Of a DNA stretch of 64,000 bases, positions 63,577-64,000 are shown one piece after another. The stretch lies in NCBI GenBank assembly GCA_963666425.2, contig OY762825.2, positions 128,001 through 192,000 on the forward strand. Reading direction: 5' to 3'. The stretch comes from Bacillota bacterium. Lineage in GTDB: Bacteria > Bacillota > JAAYKD01. Each line of letters begins with the position of its first letter. Within the stretch, counting starts at the first letter, position 1. A program made the translations under genes and the position numbers. The notes under the pieces are model-generated. The model saw nothing but the letters and a program-made list of their open reading frames with translations. It was not told where the DNA came from and searched no databases.

Positions 63577-63752
63577 AGTTCCTGCGGTGTTCGATCGGAT
63601 GATTCGTTTTGAGCCAACATCAAAACATAGGAGTTCTATATTTGCTCTAAGTCATGATACTCTTTTCCAAGAGGACTCAGCTTTTGGCGTGCGAACACCA
63701 CCCTGCCGTCAAAGCAGGTTCAAATAGTCATCCAAAACGGCATTGTGGGAAT
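63577..63752 (+). ncRNA. ssrS: 6S RNA
   Basis: About 175-nt rod: GTTCCTGCGGTGTTCG pairs with CGGCATTGTGGGAAT; TTGAGCC..ACA, CTCTT...AAGAGGACT, CACC.CCCTG and GCAGGTTCAAA resemble B. subtilis 6S-1; own promoter and terminator; downstream of hisS. Confidence 0.85.
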
Positions 63753-63754
63753 AG

Positions 63755-63778
63755 AAAACGGCGTAACAGCCGTTTTTT
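63755..63778 (+). terminator. Terminator of 6S RNA
   Basis: AAAACGGC-gtaaca-GCCGTTTTTT. Confidence 0.75.
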
Positions 63779-63793
63779 ATTATCCCATTTTAT

Positions 63794-63821
63794 AAAGGAA
63801 TATCTGATTCGAGAGTCGAAA
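63794..63821 (+). promoter_or_regulatory. SigH-like promoter upstream of ltaE
   Basis: AAAGGAATA-N12-GTCGAAA. Confidence 0.4.
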
Positions 63822-63855
63822 TAATGTTTTATAAAATGAGTCGGGAGGTAATTTC

Positions 63856-64000
63856 ATGAAGGTGCTTGATTTCCGTAGTGATACGATCACCAAACCCAGT
63901 CTGGCGATGCGGGCTGTCATGGCTGCCGCTGATGTGGGTGACGACGTCTATGGGGAAGACCCTACCATCAACAAATTGGAAGAACTGGCTGCTGAGATGA
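63856..64000 (+). CDS. ltaE: Low-specificity L-threonine aldolase (3' truncated by window)
   Basis: Manual translation [36 protein letters not shown]; GGAGG RBS; absent from the ORF track. Confidence 0.9.
   Translation, partial: MKVLDFRSDTITKPSLAMRAVMAAADVGDDVYGEDPTINKLEELAAEM

Noticed and set aside
63542-63727. 61-aa ORF after hisS
   Set aside because: Overlaps the promoter and body of the 6S RNA and has no RBS

Overview
A 64-kb stretch of core chromosome from an anaerobic Bacillota (Firmicutes) bacterium. Evidence for this is the Bacillota gene order, SigA- and SigH-type promoters, rny, trmFO and a Firmicutes-type 6S RNA. I see no mobile element, prophage or CRISPR array. Gene order: topA (5' partial), trmFO; rpsB-tsf-pyrH-frr-uppS-cdsA-dxr-rseP-ispG; rimP-nusA-ylxR-infB-rbfA-nrnA-truB-ribF-rpsO; an AT-rich membrane-protein gene; pnp, dut; an uncharacterised STAS-like/wHTH gene leading recA-recX; rny, a hypothetical gene, ymdB. 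Then comes a ~12-14 kb metabolic cluster: GntR regulator with a 26-bp palindrome, four-subunit 2-oxoacid:ferredoxin oxidoreductase, split methylmalonyl-CoA mutase, in-frame MeaB-epimerase fusion, mmdA/D/C without mmdB, PduL, a K+-dependent probably Na+-pumping pyrophosphatase and a DUF401-like gene. The rest is upp, PBP1A; ylbF-yebC-ruvCAB-queH-(frameshifted SpoIID/LytB)-queA; tgt-recJ-rel-dtd-MBL-hemZ-hisS; 6S RNA; ltaE (3' partial). The most unusual items are the methylmalonyl-CoA cluster with PduL and a membrane PPase where mmdB normally sits, the STAS-HTH gene with a candidate operator in front of recA, the MeaB-epimerase fusion with an internal RBS, a RibF with an eroded kinase domain, a 13x39-bp graded repeat in IF2, a possible AUU start for RNase Y and a recurring SigH-like promoter motif. 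All product calls come from motif recognition and gene order; no database searches were run.
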